Positions 24,490 through 37,150 of a DNA stretch of 64,000 nucleotides are shown piece after piece. The notes under the pieces were generated by a model, which worked only from the letters and a program-made list of their open reading frames with translations, had not been told where the DNA came from and did not search any database. The position numbers and the translations under genes are program-made. The stretch is from assembly GCA_039621445.1 (NCBI GenBank), contig CP154954.1, positions 41,099,572 through 41,163,571 on the forward strand, read 5' to 3'. How positions within the stretch are numbered: the stretch's first letter is position 1; each line of letters starts with the position of its first letter. Origin of the DNA: Euglena gracilis. Its lineage: Eukaryota.

Positions 24490-25550
24490 AAGTGAATCAC
24501 AGAGACCTTGTGAGGCCATGCCTTCCCCGCCGGCAATGTTGTTTGGATTGTTTGCCGCTTTGGGTTAGGAGGTCCCGCTTAGTGCCGCCTCGCCGGAGTT
24601 GGCTGACGATGCTGCTCCGGCTTGGCGACGTGACTTCTTGCCCTTGGGGGGGCCGGGGCATTTTCTAGGGCATCTTGAGCACCAAGTCTTTGATACTGGG
24701 CTGTAAAAGCATCCACCCCCCTTCACTGGCCAATTTCGCAAACTTCTTTGGCAGAAAGGCCTAATTTTTTGAGGTAACCAACCACTGCCCATCTGGTGGA
24801 GTGGGCCCCCCACACCTGTGGGGTTACCCCATACTTGGCCAAAGATTCTTTTGTGACAGTAGCAATGGTATCTGCACTTACGGCCATGAAGGGGGGTTTT
24901 AATTAATCGGACGGGGGCCGCCCCCAGGTCAGGTGAATGAACGCGTGGCAGCCACGTAAGACATCATTAAATGAAAGGGGCTTATTTGTGGACACGCAGG
25001 AATGGACACCACTCTCTGCAGCTTGTGAAACTTCTGGCCTTTACACTCAATTTTTATGTAAACCCCCCCCCAAATAATAAACCCCCCCCAAATAATAAAC
25101 CCTCCCCAAATAATAAACCCCCCCAAATAATAAACCCCCCCCTGAGGACCGACTTCGGCCGCCCAAATAATAAACCCCCCCTCCGGCAGGTGCGAAGCCA
25201 AAGAAAAACAGAGTCAAAAATTAACAGAAATGTTGCCAAAAATCACAAAAATGGGACAAATTGGTGCAGAAAATGTTCCAAAAAATCACACAATTTTCAA
25301 AAAAGCCCAAAAATGCCAAAAAAATGACTATTGGGGCCTGTGGAGGGGTTTTCGGGCCGATTTTTGCCTTCGAAATTTTTGCCCAAATAATAAACCCCCC
25401 CCCAAATAATAAACCCCCCCCTGGACCCTGACTTCGGGTGTCCAAATAATAAACCGGGGGGGTTTATTATTTGGGGGGGGGGGTTTAGGGCACCCTACAC
25501 AACACACTGGTGTTTCGCTTGATCTGTGCCAAGTCTGAGCACATGAATAA
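24490..25550 (-). mobile_element. DIRS fragment (YR C-terminus and terminal sequence), interrupted by a MITE
   Basis: Reverse-complement homolog of 33900-34380 (KWERVVSIP..ISPFHLMMSYV; DAFTAQYQRLG); 24490-24655 is similar to the reverse complement of 60120-60260. Confidence 0.7.
25061..25485. mobile_element. Tc1/mariner-type MITE with AATAATAAACCCC subrepeats
   Basis: TIR AAC(C)nAAATAATAAACC / GGTTTATTATTT(G)nTT; TA duplicated (25059-60, 25486-87); removal rejoins the YR sequence as in the uninterrupted copy near 33955. Confidence 0.8.
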
Positions 25551-25639
25551 AAAGAGGATTCGTGAGCAAAAAATAAGTTGTGCACACAATGTACAAATAT
25601 CAGTATCATGATCAGTATCAATATCACGAGGGCCAATTA

Positions 25640-27990
25640 CGCCAGCAACTCCGCACAGGAAGGGGCAGAAAAGGTTTGCCAAAACACACCAATTTTTCAA
25701 GCACCACAACCCCTCCTAAGGGGAAGGGGGAGGGCACAGCAGCCCCCCCAGACTTCAAATGGTGCTGGAGACCAAGCAAAAGCTACCAGGGCCATGGAGG
25801 CCAGAATTATATTCAAGGCCAGGAAGGACAGTTTCAATAACAAGGCCAGCAAGGCCAGAATCATCTGCAAGGCTGTGGCAGCCAGAAATTGCAGGGCCAT
25901 GAAGGCCACATGCACCAGGGCAATGGGGCCCAAAGGGGTGGTCCAACACTGGCCACCCAGAAGCTAAGGTGCAAACCTCATTCAAATCAGTTGGCACAGC
26001 CCCAGGAGGATGCCCCAGAAGGAGCAGTGGAGGAAAAGGTGGTCAACATTTATTTACGCCCATGGCAGGGGATGATCAAAAATAGGGGGGTACCCACAGA
26101 GGCCCCCCCATGTGGTATGTCTTCTGACAACGCCAGGAACAAAACGGAGGACCAGAGAGTCGGTGAGCACAGAGGGAGAGAGTACATGCGCACCACCACC
26201 CCCCGTGTCTTTTTCAAAATTTTCAAACGGGTGAAATTTCCAACGCCCCCATCTCAACTCTCGGAAAATCACCGAATTGGGGAAATGGTTTCCTGGGATG
26301 GCAAGTTGGCAGATAACCCCCTACACCAGATGCTTCAAAAAGCCTGCACTGGTGGCAGAAAAGTTCCCCTGCAGCAACCTGTCAACTCATCAAAGATGGA
26401 ATCCTCCCCCCCCCTGGGTAAGGCACCCAAAATTATCCACCCACCCAAAACCCAGAGCCAATTTAGACCTGAAACAGACAGAAAAAATCCTGGACTACAA
26501 GAAAACTGCTTCAGTAAAAAGAGTGGGTGAGTCAGGAACCCAACATTTAACACCATGGTTTTCAATTTCAAAACCAGAAGGGGGGGCAACAAAATAGAGA
26601 ATGATCAGCGACTTCAGAGAACTAAACCAGCGCTTTTCAGTAAAACATTCAAAAAGAATCACATCCAGCACATTTTCCAAGTTTTGGAAAAAAGGCAACT
26701 GAGCAGAAAAAAAGCGGATTTGATGTGTATTTTCACATCCCAGTCAGCCATGCCCCAAGACCATTCTTGAGACAGCAGGTGGGGGACATACCTGGGATTT
26801 CCAGGATGAGGCAGGCTGTTTTGGCCTGAATGTCATGCACCAAATTTTCGTGGGGGTGATGAAAACATTTGAAAAGCTATGAAGAAAAAGGGGAATTATA
26901 GTATTCATATACCTGGACGACATTTTGCTGGTGGCCCCAACACAAAACAAGTTAAAAATTCATCTCAGCACAGTGGTCATATATTTACTGAAAGCAGGGT
27001 CAAAATTAACGTCAAAAAGTCCACCATTCAGCCCACACAAATTGTACATCATCTTGGGGTTCAACTCAACTTCCAAGAAGAAAGATTGCAAGTGCCCCCC
27101 TCCCATAAAGTAAAGACAATAAAGAAAGAACTGGTGAACAATGGGGGAAAGACCTCATGTCAAAAAGGCAACTGGCTGCCATTTTGGGCCTGATAAGGTG
27201 CACTCACATGGCATTTTTGCCATGAGAGTGCACTCTCATTGCCATTTCTCAGGGCTTTCACAGTCTCCCTGGCAATTTTTTTTGGTAGCAAAGTCCACAG
27301 CCCCCTGGGATTCAAAACATCCCATTTCACAGAAACTGAAAGCCCAATCGTGGGAAAAAAAATCCTACGGGACACCTGGGTGGGAGACCCTTCCCCAAAA
27401 CTACAACCAGATAGGTGCACTCATACATCAGCACCCATGCCTGGGGGGGACATTCAAACAGGCAGAATCGTGCAATAATTTTGGAGAGAAGGCTTTGTTT
27501 TGCACATAAATGTAAAAGAGCTGTGGGCAGCAATAAACACTGTATAAACACTCAGCAGACCAGGGGGAACAGTTTCCTTGTCATGAGACAACCAGGTAAT
27601 CAATCTACTGTTACCTAACAAGGGGGGGGGGGTGCTGAAGAAACACCATCAACTCCATTCTGAGACCTTTTTGAAATGGTGCATGGAGCACAACATAAAC
27701 CTTCAACTGAAGTGGGTCCCTTCAAAGGAATGTCCAGTAGACCCTATAAGCAGATGGGAGACGGACAGGAGCGGTTTCTCTGAATACAACCAACTTTTCA
27801 ATGACTAAGGCAGCAATTACGTGACTTCAAAACCATTGAAACAGTTTTTTTTTCCTCCGTAGGCAACAAAAAAACTACCTAAATTTGTGGCCAGTTGGCA
27901 TCGTTTGGGAGCCTCAGGGGTGGATGCACTGCGGTGTCCCCTGGACAATTTATGGGTTCTTTGTGCCAACCACCATGGGGGCGCTGGGAA
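25640..27990 (+). mobile_element. Decayed DIRS copy (gag 3' part, RT, RNase H, start of MT)
   Basis: YLDDILL near 26910; LHINVKEL RNase H; GVDALRCPL MT; many frameshifts. Confidence 0.8.
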
Positions 27991-28584
27991 CAAAATTAAG
28001 ATTCCACCAGAGGAATTAGGAATTGCGCTAAATTCTGTCTGTGTTTGTGTTTACTGTGGCAAGCAGCATGTTCAGTTTGACTTTGGTTTGTCAGTTCTCG
28101 GAAGTATCTTGATTTGTGCCCGCGCTTGGAATTGGGAAGTGGGATTACCATGAAACGTTCCAAGGAAAGTCCCAGGTGGGTGCCAGGCCACCTGGGTGAA
28201 TTGATGGATCCCAGCCAGTGGCAGGGCCTGCAGGCGCCAGGGGCCAGCCGCCAGGGGGTTGTGGGAGTGGTGAGGCCCACACCCCCTACACAAACTGAAC
28301 ACTGCCAGTAAAACAACATGCCTACCCGCCACGTGGCGGCTGTCCGCCATGCCCGGATCAGGCATGGCATGTGCCTGCAGGAGATCATCAAGAAGGCGTG
28401 GAATGAAGGAGAACATAAACCTGATGGAGTATTATTCAAGTTTTGATGCATTACGGGCTTGTGCCTGCATTACGGGCTTGTGGCTTGGAAAACTGGAATT
28501 ATAGTAGAAACGTTTCAGCCACTTGGTCTGTGGTAGCTGCAGGGTGCGGCACCCCCATTTGCTCCGAAATTACTAACAGAAGAC

Positions 28585-31500
28585 AAAAGACTCTGATAAC
28601 GTTTGAAAACTGGGGTTTATCCCCAGGAAATCGTGAATAGTTTTAACCGGAATTTGTTTCCCCTCCAAAATTTGCCTGAGCAAATCATGCAAAACAGGGG
28701 CCACCTGGGGGGTGGCATTTGCTCCCCCCTGCAATTGGCGAACATACCCCTGTAAGGGGGTGATTCTGAGGCTGGGGGTCCTGGGCAGTTTCATTTTTAT
28801 TAAATATGGCCACCAGGTGGCTGAATCCCAGTTGGGGGTGACCATCAAAACTTTGGTCTGGGGAAACGTTTTCAACCTGGGCAGAAAAATTTCAATTATT
28901 AACTGTGGGTTTGCATAAATATCTCTCATGTTATCCAGTGGACATTGTAATGCATTTACTGCTGTTGCATCCAACTAAGACCATGTGGCAACAAAATTGG
29001 TCAGTTTTTTGTTGCCTGGGGAGGCAAATAAATATGTTTCTAAGTGCATGAAATTTTGGAAACGCTGTCTTAGCAAGTGAAAAAGCTGGGAGTCTAAACA
29101 GTAATCCCCCCTGTCCATTTCCCATCTGCTTATGAGGTCTGCAAGGTAGTCTTTTGAGGGCACCCAGCTGACTTGGAGGTTTACTTGTTTTTCCGTGCAC
29201 CATTTGAAAAATGGTCTTAGAATTTTGTTGATTGGGTCCTTTCTGCCCCCACCCCGTTTTGGCAGGTAATAGAAAATTGCCTGGTTGTCTACGGACAAGG
29301 AAACTGTTTCCCCAGGTTTGCTCAAACTTTTAACAGTGCTTATTGCTGCACTGAGCTCCTTTACATTTATGTGTAAAACGGAGTCTTTCTCCAAAGTTGC
29401 TGCACAATTTCTCCTGTGTGGATGTCCAGCTCCCCGCCAGGCATAGGTGCTGCTGTCTGAGTGTAACTCCCTGGTTGCATTTTGGGGGAAAGGTCTGCCC
29501 CCCAGACGTCCAGTACAATTTTTATTTCCCTTACTTGGGCCTTGGTTTCCTGGGAAATGCGGTGTTTTGAGTCCCAGGGGGCTCTGGCCTTTGCCACCAA
29601 AAAAATTCGCAAGTGGTGTCTGTATAAACTCTTAAAAAGGGCAGGGCCAGTAGGTTGCATCTTATTTGACCCAAAATTGCAGCCAACTGCCTTTTCGACA
29701 GATAATCTTTTTCACAATTTTTCCCTGCTCCTTTTCTACTGTTTTGACTTTCTGGGGGGGTCACCTGTAACTTTCCTTCCGGGAAGTTTAGTTGAAAACC
29801 CTGATGGGTTACCACTTGGGTGGGCTGCAGGGTGGACTCTTTCACATTGATTTTGAACCAAGAATTCAGCAAATCTGTGACGACTGTGTTCAGGTGATTT
29901 TATAAATGTTCTAGGTTGGTGCCACCAGCAAAATGTGGTCCAGGAAAATGAACACCTGTATGCCCCTTTTTCTCCACAGCCTTTCGAAAGTTTTCATTCA
30001 TGACATGAAATTTGGGTCATTAAATTTAGCCGAAAGCAGCCTGTTTGAAATTCCCAGGTCTGCCCCCCTACCTGATGATTTAAAAATGGCCTTTGGCCTA
30101 TTTGGAATATGAAAACAGGCATCCAAGCAGGTCTTTTTTCGCTGCCCAGTGGCCTTTTCCAAAACGGGAAAAATTTGTTGGATATGATCCAGCTTGTAAG
30201 GTTTTACTTGAAACTGCAGATTTATTTCTCTGCAGTCGCTGATCACTCTCCATTTGGTTGTTCCCCCTTCTGGTTTTGAAATTAAAAACCATGTGATCAA
30301 ATGCTGGGTTTCTGAGTCCCAAACACGTTTCACTGACCCAGTTTTTTCGTAATCCAGCAGAATTTTTTCTACCTGGTTCAGGACCAAGTTGGCTCTGGGT
30401 TTTGGGTGGGTGGACAATTGTGGGGATTTACCCAGGGGGGTTGAATTTCATTTTTTATCAATTTACATGTTGCTGGGGGAGGGGGCATTTTTCGTCCACC
30501 ATTTTAGACTCTTCCGAAGTCTCTGGTACAGGGGGGTGTCTCCCATTTTTCCTCCATGGAATGTTTTTTTAAACTGAATGATTTTATTTTGGCTGGGTGG
30601 GGGGTGATGGGCATCGCACAGCACCTAGAGCCCCTGGGGGCTTGAGCCCTTGTAAAAAGAAAGTGCTCCTGGGGGGGATGTACATGCATGTACATCCCTT
30701 TGTACCTTTCTGCTCACTCTCTCTGGGGAATCTTGTTGTTGGTTTCCATACGTTTTGCCTATACGGCCTTCTTCATGTTGACGGGGTTGCTACGCACACC
30801 ATAAGGGGGGCCTCTGTGCCCACGCTCTTGTTGATGGAATAAGAATAAATGCCGATGGGGAGTCTCCCACTTCCTGTTCCTCTTGGATCGCCATTGGAGG
30901 GCCATCGTCTTCCTGGGGATGGGCATGGGGCTGCCCACCTAATTACAAAGCCCTTGCAGGGATGCCCCTTAGCTTCTGGTGGGCCTGTGAAGCCCCGCCC
31001 CTGTGGCCTTGTTTTAATTGTTGATCCTCTTGTTGATATTTCTGGCCCCAATGGCCTTGATGATAAGTTGAAAGTCCGCAATGGCCTGATTGGTTTCTGA
31101 AGCGCCATGCCCATTTGAAATCTTGACGTGTTCTTCGGACCACACCCCTGACCCATGAGAGGTGGTTTGATTGAGAAATGGTGGGGATGTTGTGTTTGAT
31201 CTTGTCTGCCCCTGCCATGTCCTGTGAGGTCTTGGCGCTAGTGGCCACCTTGGCCTTTGTTCCAGCGACTTTTGTAAATCCAGACGCCTTCATCGTCGTT
31301 TGCGCCGTCATGGCCTTTGTTGCCCATGTCCTGTGCGCTTTGGCTCTGCCATAGCCTCGCTTTAATGGCACTGACTTGTGGAATGTTGGCCCGCATTTCC
31401 CTGGCTCCAATGGCCGTAATGGTCTGCTGGTTGTTGCTTCTGCCACTTGCAGGGTCTTCTGACCACTGTCTGCCAGGGCCCGCGGCCATGACGTTGGGGT

Positions 31501-31790
31501 GTTTTGGTTGTGGAGGTTTCTTTTGGATAATTTTTTTTAGGGAAGGGGCAGCCACGGTTCGCAACAGACGACCCGCGCCGTCAGGTTTTCCAGCTGCGGC
31601 TGCTTCTGCTGCTCCCTCCTGAATGTATCCAGCGCTGTTCGTCTTGGAAATTGCATCTGTCATTGACATATTTCGTACACTTCAAAAAAATCTGCTTTGA
31701 GGGTTCTGAACCAGCATCTTATTCTGATAAATGTGAATTCATTGACTTATTCTTCGTCCAATTCTCAGGTATTTGTAGTTCCTGACACTT
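28585..31790 (-). mobile_element. Decayed DIRS copy (gag, RT, RNase H, MT)
   Basis: KWRVISDCREIN RT; HINVKELSAAI..VDNQ..ADLISR RNase H; GDYCLD..LFASPGNKKL..IYANP MT. Confidence 0.85.
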
Positions 31791-32589
31791 CGGGCTACGC
31801 ACGTTGCCCTTGTGAGGCCATGGCTTGCTCGCCGGCGGTGTTGTTCGGATTGTTGTTGGTGTTTTGGGTTAGGAGGTCCCGCTTAGTGGTTTTTTTTGCC
31901 GGATTTGGCTGATTCTAATGCGTCCTGCGACATCCAGAGGAAAGGAACATCACATACCTCATCAGTTTGGAGCAAAAGAAGACATTCACTCAGTTCAAGT
32001 TATCCAGAACTTCATGCTCGTTCAGAACTTGATATCAAAATCTGTTGTATTTTTTAAGGAATTCCATGAAAGTTGCAACTTTAAAGACGCAAAGCGCTGG
32101 AGACGTTGATGGGGTTGGTAGGCATACCATAAGGGGGCCTCTGTGGATCCCCCCATTGTTGATCGAATCGGAATAAGCGCTGGTGGGGAGTCTCCCCCTT
32201 CCTGTTATGTTGGGGTGCCATCTTCCTTCTGGGGCTGGGGAGGGGGCTGTCAATTTAAATACAAAACCCTTGAAGGGCGGCCCCTTAGCTTCTGGTGGGC
32301 CTGTGAAGGATCCTCTGCTGTGGTCTTGTTTTAATTTTTGATCTTCTTGTTGATATTTCTGGCCCCAATGGCCTTGATGATAAGTCGAAAGTCCCCAACG
32401 GCCTGGTTGATATCTGGGTCGCCATGCCCATTCGAAATCTTGAGGTGTTCTTGTTTTCGCCGTCATGGCCTTTGTTGCCTCATGTCCTGTGCGGTTTGGG
32501 CTGGGATAGCCTCGCTTTGAAGTAAAATGTGTTGTGGAATGTTGGTCCGCATTGCCCTGGCTCCAATTGCCGTACTGGCCTGCTGGATG

Positions 32590-34430
32590 TTGCTTTTTTG
32601 GTGGCAAAGATCACAGCCCCCTGGCACTCAAAGCACCCCATTTCCGAGGAAACCAAGGCCCAATTAAGAGAAATAAAATTTTTACTGGACATCTGGGGGG
32701 GGCAGACCTTTCCCCAAAATGCAACCAGGGAGTTACACTCAGACAGCAGCACCTATGCCTGGGGGGGGGGCTGGACATCCACACGGGATAAATTGTTCAG
32801 GAATTTTGGAGAAAGGACTCCGTTTTACACATAAATGTAAAGGAGCTCAGTGCAGCAATCAGCACAGTGAAAAGTTTGAGCAAACCGGGGGAAATAGTTC
32901 CTTTATCCGTAGACAACCAGGCAATTTTCTACTACCTGACAAACTGGGTGGGGGCAGAAAGGACCCTTCAACAAAATGCTAAGACCGTTTTTCAAAATAG
33001 TGCATGGAAAAATAAGTAAACCTCCAAGTCAGCTGGGTTCCTTCAAAGGAATGCCTAGCAGACCCCATAAGCAGATGGGAAATGGACAGGGGTGATTACT
33101 GTTTAGACACCCATCATTTTCACTGGCTAAGACAGCATTTCAAAAATTTCATACACTTGTAAACTGATTTATTTGTCTCCCCAGGCAACAAAAAACTGAC
33201 CAATTTTGTGGCCAGATGTCCCCACTTGGAGGCCACAGCAGTAAATGCATTACAATGTCCACTGGACAACATGAGGGATTTTTATGCAACCCCCCCCCAG
33301 TCAATAATTCAAATAATTTTGCCCAGGTTGAAAATATTTCCCAAGACCAAAGTTTTGATGGTCACCCCCTACTGGGATTCAGCCACATGGTGGACCCAAT
33401 TAATAAAAATGAAAGTGCCCGGGACTCCCTGCCTCAGAGTCACCCCTTACAGGGGTATGTTCACCAATTGCAGTGGGAACAAATGACGCCCCCCAGGTGT
33501 CCCCTGTTTTGCATGATTTGCTCAGGCAAATATTGGAGGGGAAACAAATTCAGGTTAAAACCATTGACGATTTCCTGGGGAGAAACCCCAGTTTAAAATG
33601 TCATGAGAGTGCTTTTGCACTTCCGTGGGTAATTTAGGAGCATATGAGGGTGCCCCCTCCTAAAGCCACAGACCAAGTGGTTGAACCTTTAATACTATAA
33701 TTCCAGTTTTCCAAGGCCCAAGCCCATAATGCATACAGTGCTACGCTTTTGATTCCTGGGTTTGGTGGGCTCAGATTCCAAACCCTGTTGACTTCTTACA
33801 AGAGGCTTCGGAACCAAACATCTGCAGAAGAATGGGGCACTTTGGGACCGCCTCCTAGTCCTCCTGGGCTGGCCAAAGCCCCTCACGAATCCGCTGTTAA
33901 TACAGGTCCTCAGACATGGCACAGAACAAGCGAAACACCAGTGTGTTGTGTTGGGTACCCTACATAAAAATTCAGTGTGAAGGCCAGAAGTTTCACAAGT
34001 GGGAGAGGGTGGTGTCCATTCCCCCAGGTCCACAAATAAGTCCCTTTCATTTAATGATGTCTTACGTGGCTGCCACACCTTCATTCGTCAGACCTGTCTG
34101 CCCCCTTCTGATTTCATTAAAACCCCCCTTCAGGGCAATAAGCGCAGATACCATTGCTTCTGTCACAAAATAATCTTTGGACAAGCATGCGGTGACCCAC
34201 AAGGTGTGGGGGGCCTACTCCACCATGAGGGCAGTGGTTGGTTCACTCAAACATTTAGGCGTTTCTGCCCAAGAGGTTTGCGAAATTGGCCAGTGGAGGG
34301 GATTGAAGCTTTTACAGCCCATTACCAAAGACCTGGTGCCCAATGTGCCCTAGAAACTGCCCTGGCCCCCCTAATTCCAGTGCACAGTCAGGCCTCACAA
34401 GGGCAAAGTGCGGAGCCCGAGGTGTCTCTT
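32590..34430 (+). mobile_element. Decayed DIRS copy (RNase H, MT, tyrosine recombinase)
   Basis: HSDSSTYAWGG; NALQCPL..FYATPP..TPYWDSATWW; YR region 33750-34380. Confidence 0.85.
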
Positions 34431-36053
34431 ATCCCATCGACGCAAACCGACCAGGGAGGAAGGGACACCGTTGGCGAAGCACAAATACCTTGTGAGCCCG
34501 ACCACCCTCCCGTAAAAGAAAATTTGTCTTCAAAAGCCCTCGGATAATGGGGTCAGATAATGGGGGGTCGGGGGGGGGACCATTCGGGATCCGCGCTGCG
34601 ACATGGTGATGATGACGTGCTACTTTACTTGCCGGCTGTTCTGTTCTGGTGTGTTTGTGCGTGCGCGGGGGGTGCTTCTTACTGCTTTTTGTTGCCGGAG
34701 TTGGCTGATTCCTAATCCTGCCCTTCGACCCCAAGGAAGAATAATTATACTTCTACCAGTTCAACTGGAATTATTTTACGATGACTTCCATTCACGCAGA
34801 CCATCACTTTCATCAACTGGTGGATCGAACATTTTTCTGACCTTCAACTCCCTGGAGGAAGGATTCAACTCTGCGACTTAAACTGGAATTATTCCCGGAA
34901 GAATTGCAATTCCCAAGACAAATAACAACAACTGGAATTTCATGAAGAATGAATTTCAAAGAACTTCAGACTGCCAAGAAGAACTTCGAAGAACTTCCCA
35001 GAGGGCAGCAGAAGCAGGGGAAGGTGGTGACACAGCAGCAGCTGAAGAAGCTGGAGAGCGGCAGCAGCACGTCAGTCCGTGGGCATTGCAACCCCCCCAC
35101 CACCCCACACCACATCAAATATTTCAAAATCCCCCACTCAACATTATGATGGCCAGGGAACATGGACAAATGTGGTCAGGAAGGCAAGAAGACAGAAAGC
35201 GATTACCACCACAGGTCCAACAAACTCCACCTCCTCTTCTCTGCTCCCCTCCTTACAGGGATTCCAGTCAATATCAAGGCTAAGGCAGCGAATATTCAAC
35301 AGGGCCTGGGGCCTAGATTCAAAACTATGGCAGACATCATTCAAGAGGGCAGTGGTCCCAGGGGTAAGGCTATGGCAGCCAGCATCCCAATCTGGGAAGA
35401 TCCCATTGGGGAAAGGTATTTCCAACTTTCCCCCCGGCACCCTCACAAACACACTCCCCGGGGGCAGCAAGCCCGTGCCATGACAAGGGACAGAGAATAG
35501 ACAAAAGAAGTCATGGATAGAGAGCCAATGGAGACCAGTTAGCCAGTGGGGCTATATGGCCAGTGGGGGCCATATGGCCACAAAGGCCAATACAGGCCAT
35601 TACATTCAAGACGATCCACACAGCCCTCGGGTGTGAGGCCCAAAGATTGGCTCAGACAGGCACCCCCCAGAAGATATTCCGCCCAGAATAATATATGTAC
35701 CTCCCCACAGCAGACACACAACGTCCCCCATCATTTGAAAACAGCGGGAAATCCTGTCTTTGGGAAGCCCTATGGCAGGGCCAGCTGTAGCCCCAGTGAT
35801 GGGGCAGTCAGAGGTGGCCCCAATGATGGGGCAGCCAGAGGTGGCCCCAGTGATGGGGCAGCCAGGGGGAAGGACCCTAGTGACGAGGCCCATGGAATCC
35901 CCAGACACATTACACCAAGGGGTGCCCCATTACAAGGCCCTGCTGGCCAGCATTTCCCATTGGGTCAAAGCATTAGCCAGCAGAGAGGTATTAAACCTGA
36001 TAATGGGAGGGGTCATGGCAGATCTTCCCCTCCACCCTCAAATGTCCCGAAAA

Positions 36054-37150
36054 TGACGACCTTTTGAGGTCGACCGCCGGGTGGCGGAGTTTTTCCCTTT
36101 TAGAAGGCCTTTTGACGGGCGGTTTAGCTCTAATTTCAAGGCTTTCTAAAGATTTCCATTAAAATTCCCTCTCCTAGGGCGTCCATGGTTTGGTTGTGCA
36201 AGGAGAGAGATTGAGTGATGCTAGGTATTCCCAAATGGTCATTTTGGGTTTATTTAGGACATTTTAAGTTTTTTTTTGCATTTTCCATTTGGTTTTAAGG
36301 GAAAATGTTGGATTTAGTGAGAGCGCTTGCAAGCGCTTGGAACAAAATTTTAAGAGATTGGCGCCTGAGTTCCTGGAGTTTTTGCAGGGGTTTGCAAAGC
36401 TCAATAATGATGGAATTCAGCATAATTTATCAAAATCAAGGGGGGAAACCTTGATTTTGACTTGGGTTGGTTGATTTTGATGCAATGGGCTAGGATTTGG
36501 GATTTGAGAGCGCTTAGTAATCAGCGCACTCAATCCTAAATTTAACTGCCCATCAGAGGCATCAAAATCATTTCCTTTTCACAGGGTTTTCCTCTTTACC
36601 TGTTACATCATTGTACTTGTTGTGGCAAATACATCCAATTACAATCAAGTATTGAGTTTGGAATTTCAATTGCAAATGGAAGATCAACAAAACAATCAAT
36701 CATTTGAAGAAGGAGAGGTTTGTCTTCCCCCCACCTCATCTGTGGGAAAGGGGGCAGGGGGGTGGGACTCTTCAACTCAGGCAACCACTGGCCAAATTTC
36801 ACCCCAAAACCCCTTTTTTGGCCCAGAAACTGTGAGAAATGACACCCAGGGGGTGGGGGTGTTGGCTCTCACTGGTCAACTGAGCATGGAGGGGTTGAAA
36901 CCCCAAAGGCACCCCCCTTGGAGATACCAGTAACACCCCCCTCAGGGGTCGGGGAGGGTCCACTGGGAAGTTCATCCTTGGAAATGATGGCCCAGTTTCG
37001 GCCACAGGGAGGGCCAGAATGGGAAAAAATTTCCGACACAAGTCGGCTCGAGGAGCCAAAAAACGATCCTACGCCGGACACTGGCCCGGGGCGGGGGTTT
37101 CCGCTTCACCCCAGTGCTGCCGGGGGACATGGCAGCACGGGTGTGAAACA
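36054..37150 (+). repeat. 5' LTR of Gypsy element 2
   Basis: TGACGACC...GTGAAACA; near-identical direct copy at 48513-49607. Confidence 0.93.

Noticed and set aside
25061-25485. Regularly spaced AATAATAAACCCC units resembling a CRISPR array
   Set aside because: No unique constant-length spacers and no cas genes; TIRs and a TA TSD indicate a MITE.
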